From Lama glama (taxonomy: Eukaryota), in assembly GCA_028534125.1 (NCBI GenBank), contig CM052818.1:45138001-45202000 (forward strand): 64,000 nt of DNA, read 5' to 3'. Of the stretch, positions 51,290-61,974 are shown in pieces; within the stretch, counting starts at the first letter, position 1, and each line of letters begins with the position of its first letter. The notes below the pieces were generated by a model. That model made no database searches, was not told the DNA's origin, and worked only from the letters and a program-made list of their open reading frames with translations. Made by a program: the position numbers and the translations under genes.

Positions 51290-51905
51290 AGGCAGTCATC
51301 CTGCCAAGAATATGTGACTTGACTCTAATCACAAGAAAACAGAAAAGCCCAAACGGGGAAGGCTGCCTCAGAACAAAGTGGGTCAGAAGGACTGCATTTC
51401 TTCAAAATGTTGATGCCATTAAAGGCAAAGAAAAAATCATGGAAATAGTCCAGATTAAAAGAGGTTCAAGAGATTCTGGGTGAGGAGAGGAACAGAGCTT
51501 TGCTGGTTCATTAAAGAGTCAACGAGATTAAAAAAAAAAAGAGGTTCAAGAGAAATCATGACTTAATTAAATACGTCACTCTAGAGTGGAGCCCATTAAA
51601 AGGGTAGGGGGATTTTTTTTTTCAAAAAGGGACCTTAATGGACCAACTAACAAAATGGTATATTAGATCAAATATTGTATCACTGTTACATTGACTAAAG
51701 TTGATAATTGTGGTTTGGTTGTGTAAGAGAATAACCACACACACACATACATACATACAAAGAGAACAAGTTACAAAGCAAATGGGGTAAAAGGGTCCTA
51801 ACAGATGATTTGGGGAAAACAGTATTTGGGGACTCTCTATGCTATTTTTATTCTTGCAACTTCTCTGTGAGTTTAAAATTGTTTCCAAATAAAATTTATT
51901 TTAAA
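51290..51905 (+). mobile_element. Old L1ME-like 3' UTR fragment hosting the micro retro-insertion
   Basis: ctctaatcacaagaaaacag, atggtatattagat..aatattgtatca.tgtta.att, tattcttgcaacttctctgtgagtttaaaattgtttccaaataaaa. Confidence 0.65.
51474..51536 (+). pseudogene. Tiny 5'-truncated retro-insertion of a polyadenylated RNA 3' end (source unknown)
   Basis: 17-bp direct repeats aaaagaggttcaagaga at 51457-51473 and 51537-51553; TT|AAAA L1 endonuclease site; ATTAAA at 51510-51515 followed 14 nt later by an A tract. Confidence 0.7.
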
Positions 51906-52546
51906 ATTTCTTTCTAAGTCCTTAAACATCTACCTCACCTGTGAAATTCCCATACTTGGAAGTTTATCCCTTTGAGAACTTTAGTAATGAGCTGTTGTAA
52001 GCACTTCCATGTACTACGGATAGAACTGGAACTTGACTGAGGGTATCTAGAAGACAATTTGGCCGTGTAAATCCAGAGCCTTAAAATAATCACAGACGGG
52101 TGAGCAGTTGTGAGGTGCAGCAAACACAGTGAAACATGACTGTACCACTTGGGTGGGTATTTAAGTCTTCACTGGAAAATTCTTTTGGCATTTTTATATA
52201 CGTCTGAAATTTTTAATAATAAAAACATTGGAAGGTGGAAGGGCTCATGATTCAGTGAGTGAAGCCTGCAATTAAAAAAAAAAAAACCCTATATTCCAAA
52301 ATGTGTGTGGTGGACACCAATGGCCTATCTTCTTCTCTGGATGCCGCCCTTCTCCCTCAGTCCCCAGGGGCGTCTCTGCACCATGCTTTGCCATCCCATG
52401 GGCAGCATTGATGCCACTGGGCATATAACCTACACTGATCAGGATTCTGTCTCCAGGAAGTTGGAATTTGGCTTGTAAATTTGTGTTCGTTCTTGGCTGC
52501 CCCATTAAGTGGGGAATATGTCAAAACTTAAGAGCTGTGCTGTGGC

Positions 52547-52984
52547 TGTTTTGGGTTGAATTGTATCCCCCCCCCCAAAAAAGTATGTTGAAATTCAAAC
52601 CAAGTACCTTAGAAAGTGATCTTATTTAGGAAGAGGGTCTTTGCAGATGTCATTAGTTAAGATGAGGTCATACTGGAGAAGGGTGGGCCCTTAATCCAAC
52701 ATGACTGGCATCCTTTTAAGAAGAGACACAGATGAACAGGAAGAACGTCATGGGATGATGGAGGCAGAAACTGGAGATGCTTCTGTGAGCCTGGGAACAC
52801 CAAGGGTTGCCAGGAAACAATCAGACCCAGAAGAGGCAAGGAGGGGTCCCCCACAGGTCTCAGAGAGATCACCACCCTGCTGACGCCGGGATTTCGGACT
52901 TTGAGCCTCCAAACTATGAAACGGCCAATTTCTGTTGTCTGGAATTTGTGGTACTTTGTTATGGCGGCCCTAGTGACCAGCACA
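52547..52984 (+). mobile_element. MaLR MLT1C-like LTR
   Basis: tgttttgggttgaattgtatcccc...gggtctttgcagatgtcattagttaagatgaggtcatactgga...gtggtactttgttatggcggccctag. Confidence 0.87.
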
Positions 52985-54154
52985 GGGGCCATCCTCCGCC
53001 ATGTGAACCCAACAGAAGAAGGAAGCACACGCACTAAGAGATCAGGCGTGAGTGAGTGAGCGTGTCAGTCAAGGATGGTCACTCTCTGCTTCCAGTCTCT
53101 TCCAGAAGACCAGCTCCATCCCTGCCCTTGGGCTCTGTGAGATGCCCCCCTTAACTGACGGGGCCCTTACTCTGGTTAAGCCAGCTTGAGCCACTCATTG
53201 CTTCTGTCAAAGTTCTCATAACAAGTGCCGAGTGCCGTGGTCAGTGCAGCTTCACTTATAATAGCAAAACAAACAAAGGAACCAACAAAATAGCTGACAA
53301 CAGAGAACCGGTTAAATGAATGGTGTTACATTCATAAGAAAGGCTGTTAAACGGTCCCACCGACACCCACGTTATTAAAGAGTATGTGCTCCTGCACTTC
53401 ACACACTTTTCTCTAAGCATTTTTTTCTTTTCACATTTTCCCCTGAAATATGCTGCTTCGCCAACTGAATTACAGTGAGGTCCTTTTCCTCTAGGCCTAG
53501 AAATTCGTTCTTCTCCCCAGATGTAGGAATTTCATTTCTCTCACCTGCAGAGGGCCCCTCACGTCCCTTCTCTCCCAGTTCAAGGACACCGCCCTTCTTC
53601 CGCCCCTGGGAGCACCTGGGCCCATCGCTGCTTCCACAAGGCGATGATGATGGGGTCTGGCGTCTTCCAGGTGGAGAGCTGACACCAGCATCTCCAGGTC
53701 TGATGTGCTGGGGCAGCAATGCTGCTGAGATGGGGCCTTAAAAAAAGATGGCCCTCCATGACCAGGTGGTCTCTGTTCCAATTTGCCTGCTCCTCTTGGA
53801 GAAACACAGGGAAAAACCATCACTCCCTGCTAAATACTGCAAGGCACTGGCTGTCCTCCTGGGCTGTGGAATGAACATGGACATCCCCCAGATGTGTTCC
53901 CTTCCATGAGCCTGCTGCTCCTAAAGCCCGTACCAGGGATGTGGGTCACTCATTTCTTTTTTTATTAAAATAAAACACATATTAGCGATGTCATTATGCC
54001 AGGTACTGTCTGAGGCGCAGCCACAGGCCCCAGGGAGCACTTGGCCAGCAGAGAGGCCAGAGAAGAAAATGATACGTTATACTGGTCTGATCCAGACAAG
54101 CCTCTGGCACAGTGGGGCTCAGAAGACTGACTTCTCTTTGTGCTTATTTGATGA

Positions 54155-54905
54155 TGGCGGTAACATACACATAAAATAAAATTGACCATTTGAAGTACAC
54201 AATACAGTGGCACGAAGGACACTCACACTGTCATGCAACCATCACCATCATCCACCTCCAGAACTTTTTCAACACTCCAAACAAAAATCTCTGTACCCAT
54301 TAACTCCCATTACTCCTCCTCCAGCCTCTGGAAACCTCTACTCTACTTTCTGTCTTTATGGATTTGACTAATTTACATACTTCATACAAATGGAATCATA
54401 CAATTGGTCCTTTTGTGTCTGGCTTATTTAGTACACACAATATACTGTAGGTATGTTAGTATATATGCTCCTAAGATTCATCCATACTGTAGCATGTATC
54501 CAAATTTTATTACTTTAGAAGATTGAATAATATTCCATTGCATGGATGTACCACTTTCTATTTATTCATTCAACCATCCATGGACACTTGGGTCATTTCC
54601 ACCTTTTGACTACTGAGAATAATGCTGTAGTGAACGTTGGTTACAGTGTTTAAGAACACTGGTGTATCTGTTTGAGACTCTGCTTTCTATTCTTTGGGGT
54701 ACATACCTAGGAGTGAGAATTGCTGGATCACATGGTAATGTTATGTTTAACTTTTTGAGGAGCTGTTATACTGTTTCGGGTAGCAACTAAAGCATTTTAC
54801 ATTCCCACCAGAAGTGTACAAAGATTCCAGTTTATCCACATTTTTGCCAACTCTCATTATTTCCTGGTTTTTTTTCCACAATAGTCATCCTAATGGACGT
54901 GAAGT
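54155..54905 (-). mobile_element. L1MB-like 3' region
   Basis: accatcaccatcatccacctccagaacttttt, gaataatattccattgcatggatgtaccac, tgctggatcacatggtaat, attttacattcccaccag. Confidence 0.88.
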
Positions 54906-55699
54906 GAAGAATAACATTTGTCCTGAGTTTGGAAAGATGCATGGAACTAATTAAAGAACAGTGAGGGGAGAAGGATGCTCCCAGCAGAGCCAGCAGTACA
55001 TACAGTGTCAGGACAACGTGAGAGTTCTGGGAACTGGGAGTAGAATGGATGACTGGGGAGACCAGGGTTGAGGCTGGGGCTCCAGAGAGAAGCCAGTCGT
55101 GGCGGGCCATGAGGGCTGGGCCCAGGCAAGGAGACACCCCTGAGAGCAGCCAAGAACCCCAGGACAGCTTGGAGTGAAGTGCCTGGCCTGGAGGCAGCCA
55201 AAGTTGGCAGGGGTCTCTCCTGCTTCTCTTACCACCTGTGTGCCCTCAGGCATGGTCCTCAACCTCCCTGACGTCAGTGTCCTCTGCGGAAAACAGGGCC
55301 ATGACTGTGAAATCATCACCGGATGGCAGCCAGGCTGTAACAAGACAATCCATGGAAAACACTTCATATAGCATCTGACCCCGGGAGAACGCTCCCTGAA
55401 GGTTAGCCACTATTATCAAGGGGTGCTAATTATCCTAACAGTAAAATGATAATGGTGCATCCATTTGGGGGAAGACACTGACATGACGCTTGTGGGTCCC
55501 TGGCCAGGATGAAAGAGGACCAAGCCGAGCCTCCCTCCTCGGTGAGCTCATGACCAGTTGCAGGAGACTAGCTTGGGCTCCGTGTTGGACTGTGGAGCTG
55601 CAGAAGCCGGTGAGGATCTGCAGTGGACTTTGTACATTTTCTGCCAAATTTTCCACTCACACTCCCCATGATGCTCCTCCCTACGAAAAAATGATGCAT

Positions 55700-56370
55700 T
55701 GCTGTTGCCAACTGAACTGTGTCCCCTCAAAATTCATATGTTGAAGCCCAAACCCCCAATGTGACCGTATTTGGAGACAGGGCCTTTAAAGGGTTAATTA
55801 AGGTTACATGAGGTCATAAGGGTGGGGTCCTAATCCAGTAAGACTGGTATCCTTATATGAGGAAAGGCCATGAAAAGACACAGCGAGAAGGTGGCCTTTC
55901 TACAAGCCAAGCAGAGAGGCTTCAGGAGAAACCAACAGTGTGACACCTTGATCTTGGACTTCAGCCTCCAGAACTGTGAGACAATGAATCTCTGTTGTTT
56001 AAGCCACTCGGTCTATGGTGTTTTGTTATGGCGGCTCTAGGAAACGAATGCCATCCCCACTAGTTGGCACGTGTCCTGCTTGGTCCAATAGACGTAAGTG
56101 GAAGTGAGTGAGGTGTCTCCCGAACAGAAGATTTAAGAGCCTGTGTGTGATTGTGCCAGAGGCCCCTCTCCCCTCTGCTGTGAGAACAGCGCCATTCCTG
56201 AGAGAGCTGCCCCATCACCTGGGCCCCAGGGTGAAGCTGATGTGGAGCAGACCTGGGGACGACCCCTGACAGACAGGTAGGATGAGTGAGAAATAAACCT
56301 TCATTGTTTTAAGCCACTGAGATGAGGATCATTCATTACTGCAGCATTACCTAACCCATCCTGACTATTG
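55700..56370 (+). mobile_element. MLT1A-like LTR (to ~56051) followed by an older MLT1 fragment
   Basis: actgaactgtgtcccctcaaaattcatatgttgaagccc...; then ggtccaatagacgtaagtggaagtga...gagaaataaaccttcattgttttaagccactgagat. Confidence 0.8.
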
Positions 56371-56634
56371 CAGGATCTTTTTTTTTTGAAGACTTTTAAA
56401 AATATTTATTAAGATAACAAATTTATAAATTGAAAGACTCAGAGGCACATAGTTTTTTTCTCCTCTCTGAACCTCTTCTTAGATATAAAAGAGGCATGAG
56501 AATGCCTGCCTTGTTCAGGGTTATTATTCCTTCACCCTGCACGTATTCACTGCGGGCCTCACTGCCCTCACAGACTTCACAAATAAGACAAAGGAAGCCA
56601 ACAAATTATTTCAAATTGACATAATCACTAAAGC

Positions 56635-57000
56635 AGGCTGGATAAAGGGTCCCCTAAAATGTCCCTGTCCCTACCCCCAGAACAGGTGAATATGCTACGT
56701 TACATGGCAAAGGAAAATTCGGTTTGCTGATGGAATTAAGCATTGCTGATCAGCTGACCTGAACATAAGGAGATTATCCTGGATTATCTGGATGGGCTCT
56801 GTGATCACAAGGGTCCTTAAAAGTAGAAGATGGGGAGTGGGGAGGGTTATAGCTCAGTGGTAGAGCACGTGCTTAGCATGCACAATGTCCTGGGTTCAAT
56901 CCCTAGCACCTCCATTTTTTTTAAAAAAAAAGTGGAAGATGGGGAGGGGAGAGAGCAGAGAGGTGTGACATGAAAAAGACTGGCTTTGAAGATAGAAGAT
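56635..57000 (+). mobile_element. MLT1D-like LTR 5' part, interrupted by a SINE
   Basis: gtgaatatgctacgttacatggcaaagg...tgctgatcagctgacctt...ggagattatcctggattatctggatggg. Confidence 0.8.
56838..56928 (+). mobile_element. tRNA-Ala-derived SINE (head only) with TSD
   Basis: ggggagggttatagctcagtggtagagcacgtgcttagcatgcac...gggttcaatccctagcacctcca; TSD aaaagt[a/g]gaagatggggag on both sides. Confidence 0.88.
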
Positions 57001-58596
57001 GGTGACAACTTTAGAAGGTGGGGTCAGGAAAGGCCTCTGAAGACTTGAAATGTAAGCAAATCCCTAAAGGATGAAAAAGGTGGGTAGAGTTGTTTGGGCA
57101 CAGATTTCTAAGTTAATGAATGTCATGTGCTTGCTTTACGCCAGATCTCTAGGAAGCAACAAATGTGTAGTGTGATTATAAGACGTGTGTGTGTAGTTTT
57201 CAGGAAAAAACCAGCAGCTGAGAGTGAAGGCCACATGCTTTCCAGACCCTGTGCCTTTGCTCCCGCCATGCCCTCTCCCTGGAGAAACTTCCTCCTCTTT
57301 CCCTGACTGGTAGGACCCTCCCCTGGTGTCAGGAGAGGGAAGGTGAGATGCGACTCCAGTTCCTTCCTCCAGGCTTTCATTTCATTCACTTCTGAGCAAA
57401 TGTAACACACGTGAGAATGTCCCCCAGAGGCACTGATTCTCCTCGCCCCACGGCCTTCCTCTCCTACAGGAAGTGCTGTAGGAGGGGCTGCAGGAACTCG
57501 GGGGTGAGGGACACTGGGCAGACAAGCAGCAATCAGATAACCCAGAATCGGGGGCTGGAAGTTCTAAGGAAATGAAAGGAAAAGAAACACCCAGTTCATT
57601 CATCACCATCCCCACCCCCACTGAAAACAAATTCTGGGGGCAGCACAAAGAAAGTCATTGTCTGTTATTCATTTATTATTAGAATAATTATTATTAACTA
57701 TACGGAGCATGGTGGGCATTTGAGTTACCAAGTCTGCTCATTGTCCTAGGGAAAAAAAAAAAAACCAGGGTCTCTGGACAGTCTTTTCTTGCTCCTTAAA
57801 TCATCTGTTTTACCCTTCTCTGGTCAGTGATCAAGCCTCTGAAGGCAGACCAACAAGAGGAGCTGCTGTACTTCAGAAAATATTATTACTGTCCCTTCTG
57901 TCTTTTCCAGCAACAATGGCCTGGAGCTGGTGTTTGTTGGCAGAACCAGTGTTCTCTGCGTTCCCACAACACCTAGGACGCACTTGGCCTTCAGGGCACA
58001 GCTGGGGGAAGCGCTGACATATCCCACGCCACAGACGAGCTGATTCTTTTTGTCATAAATGAATATAATACTTTTGTTCTGAGTTGTACCTACTAAGTGA
58101 CTCCAGGCCTACTAAATAGTTTGTGGTTGTGAGATATTTGTTGGAGATGAAATTTAAACTGTAACATAAACGAATGCTCAGCAACACCTTGAAAATAGTT
58201 TCTGGCATTGACAGGAAAATGTGCGTCTGATCTTTCAAATATCTCACTGGGTCAAGCTGTCGATGTGACGTGGAAACCACCCAAGTGTCCATCAAGAGGA
58301 GAACACGTCCACCGTGGCCTGTTTACACAGCGGGGTACAACCAGCCATAACACGGATGAAACTCACAACACAGCTCTGAATGAAAGCAGCCAGATGCGAA
58401 ATAGTACCTCCTGACTGATTACGCTTGCATAAAGCGGAAAGTGGGCAAGACTAATCTAGGATGATATCTAGGATTAGTTATCTTTTGAAGGGGTGTAAGA
58501 GGCTTTCCTGGGGTGCTGGTTACATGGGGTGTTTACTTTATGAAAGGGTCAAGGAGCTGTTACCCTTAAAGATTCGTGATCTTTTTTATTTTAGCT

Positions 58597-58981
58597 TGTG
58601 TTCATATTATCCTGCTCAGGCTGCCATGACAAAGTACCACAGAATGGGGGGCTTAAACCACAGATATTTATTGTCTCACAGTTCTGGATGCTGGAAGTCC
58701 AAGTTCAAGGTGCTGGCAGGGTTGGTTTCTCCCGAAGACTCTCTCCCTGGCTTGCGGATGGCCACCTTCATGCTGTGTCCTCACATGGCCTTTCCTCCGT
58801 GTGCACATCCCTGGTGTCTCTCCCTCTTCTTATAAGAACACCGGACCTACTGGATTAGAGCCCTGCCCTTATGACCTCACTTAACTTAACCCCTCTAAAG
58901 GTCCTGTCTCCAAATACAGTCATTGGAGATTAAGGCTTCAATATTATGGATTTGGGAAAGACACAACTCAGTCCATAAGCA
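58597..58981 (-). mobile_element. MLT1A-like LTR inserted in an L1ME fragment (~58230-59010)
   Basis: ggctgccatgacaaagtaccacaga.tggggggcttaa...tctcacagttctggatgctggaagtccaag...cctgtctccaaatacagtca. Confidence 0.87.
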
Positions 58982-59838
58982 TGTTATATTTTAATACAAA
59001 GTTTACTTAAAGCAAAATAAAATGTACAAAACAGACAAAAGAGCCCTTGGACTCCCAATGTTCCACCGGCAAGAGGCAGGCTTTGAAGGCGGGGCAGCCC
59101 CCTAGGAGAGCAGGCTCCCAGCCCCCACTTCAGATGTGGGCAGGAGACTAATTACCAGAAGCCTCCTGGAGGGTGGAGGGGGCCTCAGAGATCCTCCCAG
59201 AGGGCAGACTTGGAACCTAACTGAAGAACCACCTTTCTCCAGTGGGAGCCTTACCACGTCCACCCATCAGGGTTTCAGAGTTGCCCTGAACCAGGGACCT
59301 CGGGGTATCTCTTACTAGTCTCCTTTCTGAAAGGGAGCATTTATTATGATTCTCCTGTCCTGCTCCAATATTGTACATTGAGAGTTTGGAGGTGGGGAGG
59401 ATAGCTCTTCTTTTTAATTCATGAGCTTTATACCATGAGGATTCACATCCTGACCTAGGGGGTCCGCACATCAGCCAGACACCCAGGACTTTGAGCTGGG
59501 TACCGTGATGGACGTTGGGTCAGCCCCCTCGGGGAGGGACTAAGTCTGTTCCACGTGGAAGAAGAGTAACATGGATACATGGAGGCCAGAGGGGGGACTA
59601 CAGCAGATTTTCTTGATCCTAACCAATCCAACTCCTCCTCTTTGACACAGAAGAGTATTTCCCAGCCTCCCTTTCAGTTAAACTGGGGCCACGTGGCTGG
59701 CTTCCGGCCAACGGATGTGAGTGGAAGGATGCTACCAAAACCACCTGTGCAATGTTCCTCATTCTCTCTTTGCTCTTCGGTCAGTCTTCAGTCAGTCGAA
59801 CACAGAAGAACCAACAAGGACTCTAAGAGGTTCTAGAA

Positions 59839-60297
59839 CTGTGCAGTCCAGTAGCTACATGTAGCTATTAATCACTTGAAATATGGTCATCTAACTTTAG
59901 ATGGGCTCTAAGCATAAAATATACACTGGGTTTCAAAGGTATGAAAAAAAGAATGTAAATAGCTCATTAATCATTTTTTTCAAATCTTTTAATTTTGGGG
60001 GGTGGGTAGGTAATTAGGTAAATTATTTATTTATTTAATGGCGGTACTGGGGATTGAACCCAGGATCTTGTGCATACTAAGCATTTGCTCTACCACTGAG
60101 CTATACCTTCCCCTCATTTTTTTCTTCATTAATCAATTTTACATGATTACATGTTGAAATGATAACATTTGGGATATTTTAGGTTAAACTATATTATTAA
60201 AATTAATCTCTTTATACTTTTCTTAATGTGGCTACTAGAAATTTTTCAATTCTACGTGTGGTTGTGGCTCACATTATATTTGTACTGGAGACCCCAG
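59839..60297. mobile_element. hAT-Charlie MITE (MER3/MER33-like) interrupted by a SINE
   Basis: gtagctacatgtagctatt...cacttgaaatatgg...aatgtggctactagaa...gtggctcacattatattt; 8-bp TSD TTCTAGAA at 59831-59838 and 60298-60305. Confidence 0.75.
59990..60113 (-). mobile_element. tRNA-Ala-derived SINE (camelid vic-1-like)
   Basis: ggtaattagg...ttaatggcggtactggggattgaacccagg...tgctctaccactgagctataccttcccc. Confidence 0.85.
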
Positions 60298-60305
60298 TTC
60301 TAGAA

Positions 60306-60537
60306 CAGTGTTTCTCAGCTTTGTTTTTCATTATCACACCCCCCCCACATCGCCAAAGGAGATTTTTTTAGACTTCTCCTAATTTATTTTCTCCCAGGAA
60401 ATTTGAAAAACACGAGATATACTGTATATCTGTGTATGCACTGTGGCCCTCGTAATATCCAAGATTTCCTCATCCTACTGCCCCAAGAACCAATTTTGCC
60501 CCCTTGGGGGCAATATTTCCCACGTTGAAAGTGTATG
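60306..60537. mobile_element. Second hAT MITE (MER112-like, tentative)
   Basis: Starts cagtgtttctca, ends ttgaaagtgtatg (degenerate TIR); flanked by TTCTAGAA and TTTTAGAA. Confidence 0.55.
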
Positions 60538-61793
60538 TTTTAGAAAACCATGGCGCTATAAGACAGGAGGACCCAGAGTCCCTGACTTACCACAGCAGCT
60601 TTCAGCTGCTCCCCAGTGAGAGCAAGAAACAAACCATTAGGGTATAAGCCTCTGAGTTTGTAGGGTTTTCCCTAAAATTTACCCTGATGCACCAAATCCG
60701 AGCTTCTACAGCAGCATCAATAAACTCAAGGAGCTCTTATGGAATCAAAAATCAGGACTCTACATAGCTCAGTCTACACATGATCTTAATGTCTCACCGT
60801 GTCACACAGCCCCCCAGGTCCACCCGTCATCTGGCATTTGCCACAGCTTCCTCCTCATGGCATCCGTTCACCCCACTGTGCCCTCTTCGCTCCCTGTGCT
60901 CCCTGTGCCTGGAATGACTTCCTCCTCTGTTCGCCTGGCACACCTTCCAGACTCAGCTCTAGTGCCACTTCCTCCAGGAAGCCCTACCAGTCTCCACCCC
61001 TTCTGGGTCCCACTATGCCCAGAATCAGAGCTGTTTTATGCATTAAGCACTGCAGGGAAATAAACCACTACTAATACATTAATATTACAAAAACAAAATG
61101 CTCAAGTCCACTTTAAACATAAGAGGGAATTAGAGTGGAAACCGCAGTCTTAGCCTGTTACGCTTAAACTATTTCACTTTTGCAAGTTTAACAAAACATA
61201 TGACCATGGGAACTTACTGGTAGGGTCCCTCCTGGGGCTAGCAAGCATCCGTGTAAGTGAAGAGCGATGAAACCCACAGGGCTTCTATAGGGAACGGGGC
61301 CTGTGAAAAACCGGCCTCGTGCCCTGCTCATGGGAACTTTAAAAGTAATTCAACAAAATAGTATGTGCTTAGCAAGTGTTTTACGACTGAAAACTCGTTC
61401 GGTCACTAGACAAATTACTATGTCATTTAATAAGGCCATAGATGCACTGAGGACCCAAAGAAACATCCTCCCTAGGGACAAAGAGGATAAAGGTAGGGAT
61501 TGGGGGGAAGCAAGGGATGAGTGAGGGCTGAAAAGGGGCTCATTTGAGGCAAGCGAGGAAAGAGAATCCCAAGCAGCCGAGAGACAGGCCAAACACTGCA
61601 CTCCACTAAAGTACGGAAAATCCACGACCGACTGTGAGTACGTGATGGCCACGGGGGATAGGAGAGGCTGGTCAACCCCGCCCCCCGCAAGTCCCTCCTT
61701 CCGCTGCTTGCCCCGCCCCCGCCAAAACCCAAACGGGGAGCCTCTACCCGGCTGCCTCCCATTGGGTGTGCAAGTGAGCGAAGTCTGCCGGGA

Positions 61794-61812
61794 CCAATAA
61801 GCCGCGGCCACG
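61794..61812 (+). promoter_or_regulatory. ER stress response element (ERSE-I)
   Basis: CCAAT-aagccgcgg-CCACG: exact CCAAT-N9-CCACG with a GC-rich spacer, inside the CpG-island promoter. Confidence 0.65.
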
Positions 61813-61955
61813 GCTTGGCGAGCGCCTTCCGGCCCGCCCCCGTCGCACCGCCCGGCGCCGGCCTCTCGGGCCGAGGGCGGGACGTAGGGCGGCGGGGGCG
61901 CGGCGCGGCAGAGGTGAGGCCGTAGCTGAACTGCGCGACCCCTCGAGCGCTCGGC

Positions 61956-61974
61956 ATGGCTCGCCTGGTGCTGG
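61956..61974 (+). CDS. Candidate first coding exon (MARLVL-, phase 1)
   Basis: ATG in strong Kozak context (ggcATGg) downstream of the CCAAT/GC boxes, followed by G|GTAGGT (alternative donor AG|GTACGG at 61978/9). Protein not recognised; the exon could be non-coding. Confidence 0.35.

Noticed and set aside
55269..55276. Full CRE palindrome
   Set aside because: Isolated 8-mer within a MIR-like remnant with no supporting context.
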